A stretch of 56,887 nucleotides of DNA from a virus (IMGVR_UViG_3300033153_012363:1-56887), one strand, 5' to 3'. Positions 9,018 to 17,804 are shown, counted from the stretch's first letter. Numbers and translations: made by a program. The notes: generated by a model from the letters alone, not told the origin.

Positions 9018-9970
9018 TAAAATACCCTTTCTAATACTGTTGATAAGTAATTAAATCCCATATTGAAATTTGGATCTTTCTCTTTCAATTCTTTCAAATG
9101 TAACAGTAAACTATGAAAATATGCAACATCCACTCCAATTAACTGATCCTGTAAAACCTCTAAATCATTTAAATCTAATTCAGCAATCTGATAACCTATC
9201 TTTAACATATCTCCGGCATTAATATACCAACCCTTTTGCATAAATTTTCGAATCCTAAACATAGAAGCTAACGGATATTTGCTTCCTTTATAAATTAGTT
9301 GTTTATTGATTGTTGCTTCCAATGATTCTTTCGTTAAATGTAAATATCCTGTATTTGAAGTCCAATAATTCGTACAATGTATAAAATCAAAATTTTGATG
9401 GATCTCTTCTACATCACCCCAAAAACGAAGGATAATTTGAATTTTACCTGACAGTGAAATAGCATTGCTAGAACAGAATACAGGTTGATAAAGCTTTTTC
9501 CCATCTTCTTTTTCTAATTTACCAACCAATTCGTCAACATAATTCTCAATATCAACATTTTCCGGGTTAGCAATCGTTTCAAAATAAGCGTAACCTTCAG
9601 TCTCATCTGAACCAGCAATACCCGAAGACTTAACAACTAACCAAACCCTGTTTTTAGCTAATTCCAAATTAGCCCAATCTTGACCTTTTTCTCCAGGATA
9701 AAGATACTTATTAGGCCCAATACCTACGTAAACTTTTTCATTTGATTTAATTCTTTTAGCATAGTACTCCGCAACTTTAACAGTTGTTTCGAAATTCAGA
9801 AAGTATATATCATAGTCTGATGGCTTATCTCCTAATAATAAAGATGTGATTGCTCCTCCCGTAATAATCGAATTCTTTTTTGCTAATTCTTTAACCTCTT
9901 TATCTTCTATGCTTTCAAGCCACTCATTATGTTTCTTTCTAAGATTTGCTTTTATATTACGACTGTTCAT
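9017..9970 (-). CDS. Pol-beta superfamily nucleotidyltransferase-like phage protein
   Basis: ITGGAITSLLLGDKPSDYDIYF (GG..DxD), FDFIHC, YPLASMFRIRKF. Confidence 0.75.
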   Translation of the reverse strand: MNSRNIKANLRKKHNEWLESIEDKEVKELAKKNSIITGGAITSLLLGDKPSDYDIYFLNFETTVKVAEYYAKRIKSNEKVYVGIGPNKYLYPGEKGQDWANLELAKNRVWLVVKSSGIAGSDETEGYAYFETIANPENVDIENYVDELVGKLEKEDGKKLYQPVFCSSNAISLSGKIQIILRFWGDVEEIHQNFDFIHCTNYWTSNTGYLHLTKESLEATINKQLIYKGSKYPLASMFRIRKFMQKGWYINAGDMLKIGYQIAELDLNDLEVLQDQLIGVDVAYFHSLLLHLKELKEKDPNFNMGFNYLSTVLERVF

Positions 9971-10219
9971 TTACTCCTCCATGTCATTGTTATATTCTTC
10001 TTTTATTTCTTTCTCAATTTCTTTAACATCAACTCTAATATGATTTTCCTCTATTATATTCTCAATCGTATTAACAGTCAATTTTTCCCATATCTCTTCT
10101 CCAAAGTCTTTAAAATCATCGCTTTCTAAATCGAATAAATCAGAACGATGAGCAAATCTAAGTAAAGTTTCAAACAACTCTACTTCTGTAAAACACGTAG
10201 CAGGGTCTCTAACTAACAT
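9971..10219 (-). CDS. hypothetical acidic protein
   Basis: 82 aa in tiled run. Confidence 0.6.
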   Translation of the reverse strand: MLVRDPATCFTEVELFETLLRFAHRSDLFDLESDDFKDFGEEIWEKLTVNTIENIIEENHIRVDVKEIEKEIKEEYNNDMEE

Positions 10220-10231
10220 CAGGTTTTTCCT

Positions 10232-10531
10232 TTAATCATAATCGTTGTCCATTTCATATTTAATTTTATTACTATCTAAGAATAAAACTAATTGTCTTGC
10301 TCGTAATGCTTCTTCTTGAAGACCTGTTGAAAACTCTAAAAGAGTATCTATAGTGAAGTCTATATTAAAAGTTATAGCAAAGCCTTCTTCAACACCTAAA
10401 TCATCTTTCATTTCTTCCATTTCACTTTTTAAAGACTCATCACCTTCTATACCCACAATATAATCTTCAAACTCATCATATTGTCTTTGAGTTAACTTAA
10501 AAGTAACTATTAATTCAGCATAATTTGGCAT
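10232..10531 (-). CDS. hypothetical acidic protein
   Basis: 99 aa, AGGAG SD. Confidence 0.65.
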   Translation of the reverse strand: MPNYAELIVTFKLTQRQYDEFEDYIVGIEGDESLKSEMEEMKDDLGVEEGFAITFNIDFTIDTLLEFSTGLQEEALRARQLVLFLDSNKIKYEMDNDYD

Positions 10532-10578
10532 TTGCTTCTCCTAAAAATATTTTTATTGTAGATAAATATATCTCTTCT

Positions 10579-10740
10579 TCAAAACCCATAATGTATCCCA
10601 ATTAGTAAATAAAAAAGAACACAAAAACTAGAACCTATTTGCCAAAGAAAAAATGTGAGAAAGAAGAATACATTATCGGTTTCATAAGGCTTAATCCACA
10701 TATAAATAACACCAGATATCGGAATAAAGTATTTCCACAT
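10579..10740 (-). CDS. 53 aa membrane peptide (not in ORF track)
   Basis: MWKYFIPISGVIYMWIK...FFFLTFFLWQIGSSFCVLFYLLIGIHYGF; TAATG coupling to the TS gene. Confidence 0.5.
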   Translation of the reverse strand: MWKYFIPISGVIYMWIKPYETDNVFFFLTFFLWQIGSSFCVLFYLLIGIHYGF

Positions 10741-11477
10741 TAAAAGATTTTCCTTGCGTCAAGATCTTTCTTATATGCATGCAAACTATTAATAAATACT
10801 ATTAATTCTCCAGCATCAACTTCTAACATTCTAGCAATAAATTCATTCAACCAAGCAGTCAAGATCATATCATTGATAAAATGTTCATAGAAATCACAAG
10901 ATCTCATATGATAAAAGATATTTAGTTTATTTTCTCGATATAGCCAAGAATAATCAACTGAACAAGGGACTCTTTCTAAATTCTCAACTCCTGCTAAATC
11001 CTTATCCATTTGATAAATCTGTAAAACACACCTTCTTGAATAAAGATCTTTCTTTAAATTCTCAATAATTCGAGTCAAAGCATTCCATTCATAATAACGT
11101 TCATTATAAGTGTAATCCATAGTACCATCTTTATTAAGAAATTCTTCCCAAATATTTCTTCTTAGCATCCAGGCATCTCCAGGATTAATCTCACCAGAAG
11201 TATGTAATCGTTCTTGAAATTCTGCAATTGCCCATTCTTTATGAGTTTTCTTTGCATCTTTTGTATAAAGAAGATCATAAGCTTCTTCATTCTTAAATTC
11301 ATCTAAAGGGTCTTTAATCAAAAACGAATGAGCCATCAACTCTTTAGTTGTGTTTCGTTCTTCACGTTCAGAAACATCAATATTTTGAAAAGACTTAATC
11401 TTTACAATATGCCCCATTTCACCCAGATTTCTCTGAGTTTCTTTAGTTGCTTCATATAAATTTTTATATATCCTCAT
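10740..11477 (-). CDS. thymidylate synthase homologue, dCMP hydroxymethylase/methylase type (TS1)
   Basis: YTYNER, SRR, catalytic VPCS, MRSCDFYEHFIND (Asp at the E. coli N177 position), SLHAY. Confidence 0.85.
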   Translation of the reverse strand: MRIYKNLYEATKETQRNLGEMGHIVKIKSFQNIDVSEREERNTTKELMAHSFLIKDPLDEFKNEEAYDLLYTKDAKKTHKEWAIAEFQERLHTSGEINPGDAWMLRRNIWEEFLNKDGTMDYTYNERYYEWNALTRIIENLKKDLYSRRCVLQIYQMDKDLAGVENLERVPCSVDYSWLYRENKLNIFYHMRSCDFYEHFINDMILTAWLNEFIARMLEVDAGELIVFINSLHAYKKDLDARKIF

Positions 11478-11502
11478 TGATTCTAATCTCCTTTTTATTG
11501 AA

Positions 11503-11567
11503 GTGGGTCTGCCTCTTATGCATCACATGATTTATTAGAGTTAACGGCCGCTTATGCGCAAACCCAC
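11503..11567 (-). other. structured intergenic element upstream of TS1
   Basis: 10 bp closing stem GUGGGUUUGC/GCAGACCCAC enclosing two GCAUAAG copies. Confidence 0.5.
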
Positions 11568-11573
11568 AAAATA

Positions 11574-11867
11574 TTATATTTCAATCCTTAATCTAAATCT
11601 ATCATTCATTTTAATTAATTTCTCTTCATTTATTAACTTACAAGAATAAGCTCCCATTATATAAATTCTTAATAATTCTTTCTTTAATTCTGTTTGTCCT
11701 CCAGAAATAATATCAAACATTTTTTGATTGTAGTCCTTGTATAAAATCGTTTCATAGAACATTGCTCGAACATCTTCCTCAGTTATTTCTGAAATACCAT
11801 CAATGTCAGGAATTTCCCAAGCTTTTAACTCAAGATACACATCCCTGAAAAAAACTTCTTCTGTCAT
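11574..11867 (-). CDS. hypothetical phage protein
   Basis: 97 aa, ATGA overlap. Confidence 0.6.
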   Translation of the reverse strand: MTEEVFFRDVYLELKAWEIPDIDGISEITEEDVRAMFYETILYKDYNQKMFDIISGGQTELKKELLRIYIMGAYSCKLINEEKLIKMNDRFRLRIEI

Positions 11868-12064
11868 ACGGGATACCCTGTTTCTAAATTAAATTGAATT
11901 TTCGAATAATGATTTTTTGTAGTTTCCATTCTAAGATCCGTAATCTTAAAAACCCCAAACTTTGATTGTGCCTCTCTTTTAAACAACAGATAAGCATTCC
12001 TTGGTGAAGATGAATCTTTATATTTTATTTCTCCATTAACCATAGCTTGATATCTTGTTTTCAT
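11864..12064 (-). CDS. hypothetical phage protein
   Basis: 66 aa. Confidence 0.55.
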   Translation of the reverse strand: MKTRYQAMVNGEIKYKDSSSPRNAYLLFKREAQSKFGVFKITDLRMETTKNHYSKIQFNLETGYPV

Positions 12065-12069
12065 AATGT

Positions 12070-12095
12070 AAAGCCTGGCAAAAATACCAGGCTTT
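12070..12095 (-). terminator. hairpin / probable terminator
   Basis: AAAGCCTGG...CCAGGCTTT just downstream of the 12114 gene. Confidence 0.55.
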
Positions 12096-12113
12096 AAATT
12101 CTCCTACCTACAA

Positions 12114-12458
12114 TTAAGCAGAAGCTCCAGTTTTTGTCATTTGAAAGTGTTTTCCAGCTCCATCAATAAAAACACCAGCAACTGTTGCAATACCGGATTG
12201 ATTGATTTTCCGATTGGCGGCTCTTAACCTTTCTCGCCCGGAATTTGTTCGATCCAAACCAAATAAAGTTAAAAGATCAGCAATCTTATGAGGCTTTCCA
12301 TCCTCAAGAACCTTGCAATACTTTGTATATTGCTCTTCAGAAAGCTGTCTTTTAGAAACTTTTGGTTCCTTTACAGCTTCTTCTGCAGGTTTCAAATTAG
12401 TAACCGAAGGAGCTTCAACCTTAGCATCCTTAGGGTCTTTCAATTTTTGTTCAGTCAC
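12114..12458 (-). CDS. putative DNA-binding protein (K/E/P-rich N-term plus wHTH-like C-term)
   Basis: GTG start at 12458 after GGAGG; own TATATTTG element and terminator. Confidence 0.6.
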   Translation of the reverse strand: MTEQKLKDPKDAKVEAPSVTNLKPAEEAVKEPKVSKRQLSEEQYTKYCKVLEDGKPHKIADLLTLFGLDRTNSGRERLRAANRKINQSGIATVAGVFIDGAGKHFQMTKTGASA

Positions 12459-12516
12459 AATGACCTCCATTAAGTAGTTTATAAATTTTGTTAATTGACA
12501 AGACAAATATAATTCA

Positions 12517-12882
12517 TCATAGCTTCCCTAACTGGCTATATAATATTTTCAATTTATTATATAACAATTCAATTTCTGATAAATCGATCTTATCTACAAT
12601 AACATACTCTTCAACCACTAACGTATAAACAATAAATAAAATTTCTTGCCTTAACGGGTCTATTTCCTTCTTATAACGTATATTTAATCGATCCAAAATA
12701 TTATCGACTTTAGACCAATCTGGGGGGTCAGACATCTCAAGTTCTTCTTTTATCTGAGAATCTAGATACTCGTATTCATCAGTTTTAAATCGTTGGCCTT
12801 TTCTTTTTATGTATCTCGCAGAGGATTTAAGATGTGTTTGCTTTATAAGTAAATCAACAAAAGAACTATTTTCATTGCCCAT
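12517..12882 (-). CDS. hypothetical phage protein
   Basis: 121 aa, GGGAG SD. Confidence 0.65.
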   Translation of the reverse strand: MGNENSSFVDLLIKQTHLKSSARYIKRKGQRFKTDEYEYLDSQIKEELEMSDPPDWSKVDNILDRLNIRYKKEIDPLRQEILFIVYTLVVEEYVIVDKIDLSEIELLYNKLKILYSQLGKL

Positions 12883-12930
12883 TCAAAACTCCCTAAATTT
12901 AAGTGAAATAGAAATCAACTAGAACTTCAT

Positions 12931-12959
12931 AAAACCGGGGGAGGGGATCAACCTCCCCC
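12931..12959 (-). terminator. intrinsic terminator
   Basis: GGGGGAGG/CCTCCCCC stem followed by GGUUUU on the minus strand. Confidence 0.7.
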
Positions 12960-12965
12960 CTGCGT

Positions 12966-12993
12966 GTTTTATGCCGGGAGTTTTATGCCGGGA
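12966..12993. repeat. 14 bp tandem duplication at a gene end
   Basis: GTTTTATGCCGGGA x2; one copy holds the stop codon of the 12983 gene. Confidence 0.85.
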
Positions 12994-13354
12994 GTTTGTA
13001 TATTTTCTGTCTGGAATTTTCAATTGCAGTTCTAGTGCATCCCATATCTCTAGCAATGAAACGAATTCTTTTTTCATTAGCTGCAAACTGTGTTTCATCA
13101 GTACCAGTAAAAATCTCTGCTCTCATTACTCTAGCAGTCAAGCCTTCTGGAGTCTTAGTTAACAGATTTTTAATGTGTTCTTTAATTCTGTTATCTTCAG
13201 CAGCTTTCTCTGGTGATTTCGTTTTGGGCTTTAAGTTTTTTACCCTTTGTGCTTTAAGCTCTTCTTTTGAAAGCTTTGGTTTTTCTCCACTATCTTTAAC
13301 TGTTGGTGCTGGTGCACTAGCAGCGTTTTTCAATTCGTCAACTGATTTGGCCAT
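12983..13354 (-). CDS. putative DNA-binding protein (low-complexity N-term plus wHTH-like C-term)
   Basis: AGGAG SD; LLTKTPEGLTARVMRAEI helix-turn-helix-like; own promoter element and terminator. Confidence 0.6.
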   Translation of the reverse strand: MAKSVDELKNAASAPAPTVKDSGEKPKLSKEELKAQRVKNLKPKTKSPEKAAEDNRIKEHIKNLLTKTPEGLTARVMRAEIFTGTDETQFAANEKRIRFIARDMGCTRTAIENSRQKIYKLPA

Positions 13355-13460
13355 TTCTATAGCTCCTTCTTTAATAAAAAAATAAATGAATTAACAATTA
13401 AATATAAGACATCTTTAGAAATTCTATCGAATTAATATCACATAATTTATAAAAGATTCT

Positions 13461-13775
13461 TCAATTAATTGAAGAACCCTCTGATAAAGCTTGTTGAATT
13501 ACTCCATATCGAATAACAAGATCATCATTCTCAATTTTATTTTGAGAACTAAAAATCACTTTACCATTTTGATTAACTAATTGATAGTTTAAAGCATTCT
13601 CAATTGAAACAGTTTCTCCAGTTTGATAATTAAAAAATGTTCCATACTTACTATGATTCATAGCTCTTATATCATCTTCATATGAATCAATGTTTAAATA
13701 AAATAACATATAATTATCAGAAACTGAAAGGACCTCTTCAATTGTATCTTTATCCAGAAACCCGATTATTTGCAT
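13461..13775 (-). CDS. hypothetical phage protein
   Basis: 104 aa, GGAG SD. Confidence 0.6.
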   Translation of the reverse strand: MQIIGFLDKDTIEEVLSVSDNYMLFYLNIDSYEDDIRAMNHSKYGTFFNYQTGETVSIENALNYQLVNQNGKVIFSSQNKIENDDLVIRYGVIQQALSEGSSIN

Positions 13776-13908
13776 ACTGTTTTTTTCTCCAATATTTATA
13801 CAATGAACGAATTGACAAAATAATCAAAATGAAGATAGTTGGGTATACAAAGACAACAAGAAACAAATAAAACATTATTGATAGTATTAGTATACTAAGT
13901 ATATTCAT
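13750..13908 (-). CDS. 52 aa membrane peptide (not in ORF track)
   Basis: MNILSILILSIMFYLFLVVFVYPTIFILIILSIRSLYKYWRKK..., fills a gap. Confidence 0.45.
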   Translation of the reverse strand: MNILSILILSIMFYLFLVVFVYPTIFILIILSIRSLYKYWRKKQYANNRVSG

Positions 13909-13927
13909 TTAACCATTTTGTTGATTT

Positions 13928-14356
13928 TTATTTATTTTTCAAATATAATAAATCCTTTAACAGTAATTCTAAAATATTTTCCATCTTCTCATAAAGGGCA
14001 ATTTGAGATTCATTTAATTGTTTTAAGCAAGGGAGACAAAAATTCTCCAAAGTATTCCAAACTGCTAACCTTTGTTTATTCTTTGCTAAAAGTCTATAAT
14101 GTTCAGCAATTATTGATATTAAGAAAACAACAGCAGATTCATTGAAGCTGTCTTTATATTCTTCCAACCTAATCTGAAATTGCTGAGTATGGAGCTTAAT
14201 CCATCTATAGTCTTTTTTCCTCATACCTATTCTATAATAAACCATAGTTTGTTCAAGTCTATGCAGTAACAAGTCTTGACGCTCAGAAACATACTCTTTT
14301 GATAAATGCCAAAGAATGGTTAAAATAACTAAAGCCCTTTTGTCATAATAGCTCAT
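13928..14356 (-). CDS. hypothetical helical protein
   Basis: 142 aa. Confidence 0.6.
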   Translation of the reverse strand: MSYYDKRALVILTILWHLSKEYVSERQDLLLHRLEQTMVYYRIGMRKKDYRWIKLHTQQFQIRLEEYKDSFNESAVVFLISIIAEHYRLLAKNKQRLAVWNTLENFCLPCLKQLNESQIALYEKMENILELLLKDLLYLKNK

Positions 14357-14470
14357 TTAGGTTGGTAATATCCTTTTTTGTGTATCTTTCCACTAGAAGG
14401 AAACTGGGCTTTTGGTTTCCTTTTTTCTATCCTTTTAGTTTCACATTCCTTTATTTGAATATTAGTATAC

Positions 14471-14728
14471 TCATCCCCTTGGTTCTTTTGTGATTTTTTC
14501 TTCATAGCTAAGATCCTTCCGTATTAAATGAATTTTAAATCTTTCCCGTTTGTTTCTTAAATGTTTATCCATTTTCTTACCACTTTCACACATACAATAA
14601 GTACTACCACAATGCAAAGATGAATACTGTTTCATTCTGTTTAAATTATTAAAATGTATCCACCCCATTATGTTCCACAATTTCATTTTGTTAATCAGTT
14701 TTGCAAGTTCTTTTCTTTTAAATCTCAT
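14471..14728 (-). CDS. hypothetical basic protein
   Basis: 85 aa, HCGSTYCMC. Confidence 0.55.
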   Translation of the reverse strand: MRFKRKELAKLINKMKLWNIMGWIHFNNLNRMKQYSSLHCGSTYCMCESGKKMDKHLRNKRERFKIHLIRKDLSYEEKITKEPRG

Positions 14729-14731
14729 ATA

Positions 14732-16123
14732 TTATTCACAAGTTTCCTCTGTTAAATCTGGTCTCATTCTTTGAAAAACTGGAAATCTTAATGAGTGTGT
14801 TCCTTTCTTATTTGTTGTAACTTCTTGTGACTCAACATCAATAATAGTCCCAATTAGATCATCTTTTCTATTCCAAAAATCTTCCCTTTGAACTTCTTTA
14901 TAACCTCCTCCAGCATTTCCAGTAATTTCTACTGTATTATCATTAAAAGTAGCAACTCCTATATAAGTAAATCCCCCTAACATATGCTCAATCTTTGTAC
15001 CTGGATCTCCAGGATAATATCCAGTAATCCTAACTGAGTAAACATTTGAAGTATCACCTTTTTCTCTATTATAGTCTTGGATTTTATATTTCAGCCAAGC
15101 CTTCCCTCTTTTCGTTCCAGAACTATAAATGTAATATGATTTAGGATTCTTTAAAATTAACCCTTCATATCCTGCATTATAAAATCTCTCAAAAAAGTAT
15201 TGAATATCGGTTCTATCATTAATAACATGATAAGGATGGATTTCTAAATGACCATTATGGGGATGCAATAGTAAATCCAAATAACGTTTTCTATCTTCTT
15301 GAATATGAGTACAGGTCTCATTAAGAAATTCTTCTGCATCTAACATATCCCAAATATGAAATATTGCATTATCACAATCAACGTCATATTTTCTTCTTGC
15401 AGAATTCATTATTCCAGTAAAATCTTCATCAATAATTTCCCCATCTAAGACATAAGGCTTTCCATCTTTTCCTGGACTCCCATTTACTGTTATATCACAT
15501 TGCAATAATTCCTTTTCTATAAGCTTAAAATTATCATATTTAATTCCTGAACGAGCCATCATCTCAACTTTATTTTGTAAAGGATACACAAAAGCAAGGA
15601 CTCTGACTCCGTCTATTTTTGGTTCTGCATACATAGGAAAATTGAGGTCTCGATTAAGGTTGACTTTTTTCCATCGTTCACATAAGCCTAACTTAAATTC
15701 AGGTATCAAATCTGGCCAAACCTTATTTATAGTTTGAGTTGAGACCCCAATTTTCAAATCTTTTTGTAAAATCTTTTCTAAATATGGTTGAAAACTTACA
15801 GGCAAAGTTTTATAAATTGAATGAACCCAATGTAAAGCATCATGACCAGTGATTTCTCTCTTAACTAACATATTCAAATCGGTAACTAAACTATTTATAG
15901 TATAAATCTCTCCATCATCTGTTCTAGATAAGAACTTGTTAAATGATGTATCAACTCTAGCAACATTAAATTTAATATAAGGATTATAAGCTAAGGTAAA
16001 AATTGTTTTTAATGCTTCATTATCTTTATGTTCTTCTAAAATAGAAATTTTAACATTCCTACCAGAATTCATTTCAAGATAGTCAAGTATTGCTGCTACT
16101 AAAACAAATTCATTTTCTTCCAT
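14732..16123 (-). CDS. ATP-dependent DNA ligase
   Basis: EPKIDGVR (KxDG), LDGE, YEGLILK, WLKYK, LRFPVFQRMRPD. Confidence 0.95.
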   Translation of the reverse strand: MEENEFVLVAAILDYLEMNSGRNVKISILEEHKDNEALKTIFTLAYNPYIKFNVARVDTSFNKFLSRTDDGEIYTINSLVTDLNMLVKREITGHDALHWVHSIYKTLPVSFQPYLEKILQKDLKIGVSTQTINKVWPDLIPEFKLGLCERWKKVNLNRDLNFPMYAEPKIDGVRVLAFVYPLQNKVEMMARSGIKYDNFKLIEKELLQCDITVNGSPGKDGKPYVLDGEIIDEDFTGIMNSARRKYDVDCDNAIFHIWDMLDAEEFLNETCTHIQEDRKRYLDLLLHPHNGHLEIHPYHVINDRTDIQYFFERFYNAGYEGLILKNPKSYYIYSSGTKRGKAWLKYKIQDYNREKGDTSNVYSVRITGYYPGDPGTKIEHMLGGFTYIGVATFNDNTVEITGNAGGGYKEVQREDFWNRKDDLIGTIIDVESQEVTTNKKGTHSLRFPVFQRMRPDLTEETCE

Positions 16124-16131
16124 TATAACTC

Positions 16132-16554
16132 CTATGGTTCTATTATCATAATTGGTTTATTTAATTTTCTTGCATATCGTATTGTAGCCCAAGTCCCGGA
16201 TCTAATTTGCTCAACTATTTGTTTTGGGGTAGCAATTAAAACATCAGAATTATCTACAATATCATGATTCCTTTCTAGATATGATTTTTCTGGAAACATA
16301 AATCTATAATCATCACAAAATGCTCGTTTATCTTTAATGTTTGGTGGGTGAACCACCACATCAAAAAGACAATCTAGGACCATATCGTGAAATTCTTTAT
16401 CGGCCCCAATGCAATCTCCGTGGTGACAATAAACATCATTAAATTTATGGTCTATTTGAAAGATATCTAAATTCTTTTTTACCTGTTCTTTTTGCCTACT
16501 AGTCATACCCAGTTGTGTGCCAGTAAACCCTATATGAAATTCTTTTTTATCCAT
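16132..16554 (-). CDS. SLOG-superfamily protein
   Basis: IGFTGT, HHGDCIGAD, ERNHDIVD, SGTWATIRYARK. Confidence 0.8.
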   Translation of the reverse strand: MDKKEFHIGFTGTQLGMTSRQKEQVKKNLDIFQIDHKFNDVYCHHGDCIGADKEFHDMVLDCLFDVVVHPPNIKDKRAFCDDYRFMFPEKSYLERNHDIVDNSDVLIATPKQIVEQIRSGTWATIRYARKLNKPIMIIEP

Positions 16555-16620
16555 AAGTATTTAGTTTTCCCATACAAATATAATAAAATTATTGATAATA
16601 TACAAACTCATGACTTACAG

Positions 16621-16649
16621 AAAACCCTCTCTAATTTCTTAAAGAGGGT
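16621..16649 (-). terminator. intrinsic terminator after the Hc1-like gene
   Basis: ACCCTCT/AGAGGGT stem, U-run on the minus strand. Confidence 0.6.
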
Positions 16650-16668
16650 CTTAATAAAAAGAATTAAA

Positions 16669-16881
16669 TTATTCAGTTGCAGCAGCTCTTGCAGCTTTTA
16701 CTTCTGAAATCTCTTTTCTAGTTGCTTTTGCAAATTTTCCCATTTCAGACAAACTTCCACGACAACGCCGTGCTGATACTTTTTGTCCTTTATCAAAAAA
16801 CTTAATGAGACTGGAACGAATTTGTTCAGCCATCTCATCGAATTGAGCAACTAATTCAACACCACGTGTGACATCTGCCAT
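16669..16881 (-). CDS. histone H1-like Hc1 nucleoid protein
   Basis: KFFDKGQKVSARRCRGSLSEMGKFAKATRKEISEVK matches the Hc1 KGNKxAxxRxR...RK pattern. Confidence 0.8.
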   Translation of the reverse strand: MADVTRGVELVAQFDEMAEQIRSSLIKFFDKGQKVSARRCRGSLSEMGKFAKATRKEISEVKAARAAATE

Positions 16882-17085
16882 TAGGTATTCTCCTTATCTA
16901 AATTAACAAATAACCCATTAAATGAGTATGATTAACAACAAATATAAGTCTGCTTTAGATTTGCTAAGATTTTTTGTAACCCATATCCATTTTTAATCCC
17001 TACAACACCTAAACCTTTATTTTTTTTAGTTTTTATTAGTTATCGAATTATATACTGGTTAACTTGTTTATCTTGTTATATTATG

Positions 17086-17171
17086 TAAATACAATTATAT
17101 ATATACAAAGCACTCTTTGCGGAACTTCTATTAACAACATATTTTTATTTCTTGAATTATAATTGTATTTA
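17086..17171. repeat. 14 bp perfect inverted repeat
   Basis: TAAATACAATTATA (17086-17099) / TATAATTGTATTTA (17158-17171); same 14-mer at 35787-35800. Confidence 0.75.
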
Positions 17172-17378
17172 GAATAGCTCCACGAGATTTCGATTAAGTG
17201 GATCTAACAAAATGATATTTGGGAGTGTCAATAGGAAGAATTGATGAGGTAAATCCCGGATTTGCGTGTGCTTCAAAGCATAAGTTTCAAGTGTTCGAGC
17301 AAACAAAATTTTAACCTTAACACTTAGAATACTCTTACTCTTGTAAAGAAGTCCCAATGCCTTCTCCTTTGGAGTCAT
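17169..17378 (-). CDS. hypothetical protein
   Basis: 69 aa. Confidence 0.45.
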   Translation of the reverse strand: MTPKEKALGLLYKSKSILSVKVKILFARTLETYALKHTQIRDLPHQFFLLTLPNIILLDPLNRNLVELF

Positions 17379-17562
17379 CTTTTTCTATTGTTAAAAATAA
17401 ATCAATTATCTTAGTTGGATCATTCTTGACATAAAGCATAATGCCTACAATCTCCGTACCTGTATTAAGAAATCCGCGACCTTCAATTTCTAAACTTTTA
17501 GTTCCAATTTCTTCTATAAGTTTTTCAATGTCTTCTTCTCTAGCCGTTATTTTAATACCCAT
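17335..17562 (-). CDS. hypothetical protein
   Basis: 75 aa, AGGAG SD. Confidence 0.6.
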   Translation of the reverse strand: MGIKITAREEDIEKLIEEIGTKSLEIEGRGFLNTGTEIVGIMLYVKNDPTKIIDLFLTIEKDDSKGEGIGTSLQE

Positions 17563-17563
17563 T

Positions 17564-17737
17564 TCACTCCTTTTTTTGTTTTAACTTAAAAGTTATTATT
17601 TCAGATGAGATACCAGCACAAAAATCTTCAACTTCATTGATAGTTTCTTCATTGTTCAGATATTCAACGAACTTTGGGTCATCGATGAATTCTAAAAACT
17701 CGTTTAAAATTTTTTTTATATCGTCGATTCGTAACAT
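17564..17737 (-). CDS. hypothetical protein (start revised to ATG 17737)
   Basis: MLRIDDIKK...; revised start removes the overlap with the divergent initiator gene. Confidence 0.5.
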   Translation of the reverse strand: MLRIDDIKKILNEFLEFIDDPKFVEYLNNEETINEVEDFCAGISSEIITFKLKQKKE

Positions 17738-17804
17738 AATAAAATCTGATTTGGTTAAAAGATTATTTATTTTACAACAATTATACTCAAAAAATAAAAA
17801 CCCT

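Noticed and set aside
8594-11567. tRNA or hammerhead ribozyme identity for the 65-68 nt stem-loops
   Set aside because: No TTC T-loop or D-arm pattern; CUGAUAG is not the hammerhead CUGANGA and no GAAA core is placed correctly.
742-16707. Plus-strand ORFs in the left arm (742, 994, 2474, 5174, 9846, 12996, 13918 and others)
   Set aside because: They are antisense to well-tiled minus-strand genes and have shadow-ORF composition.
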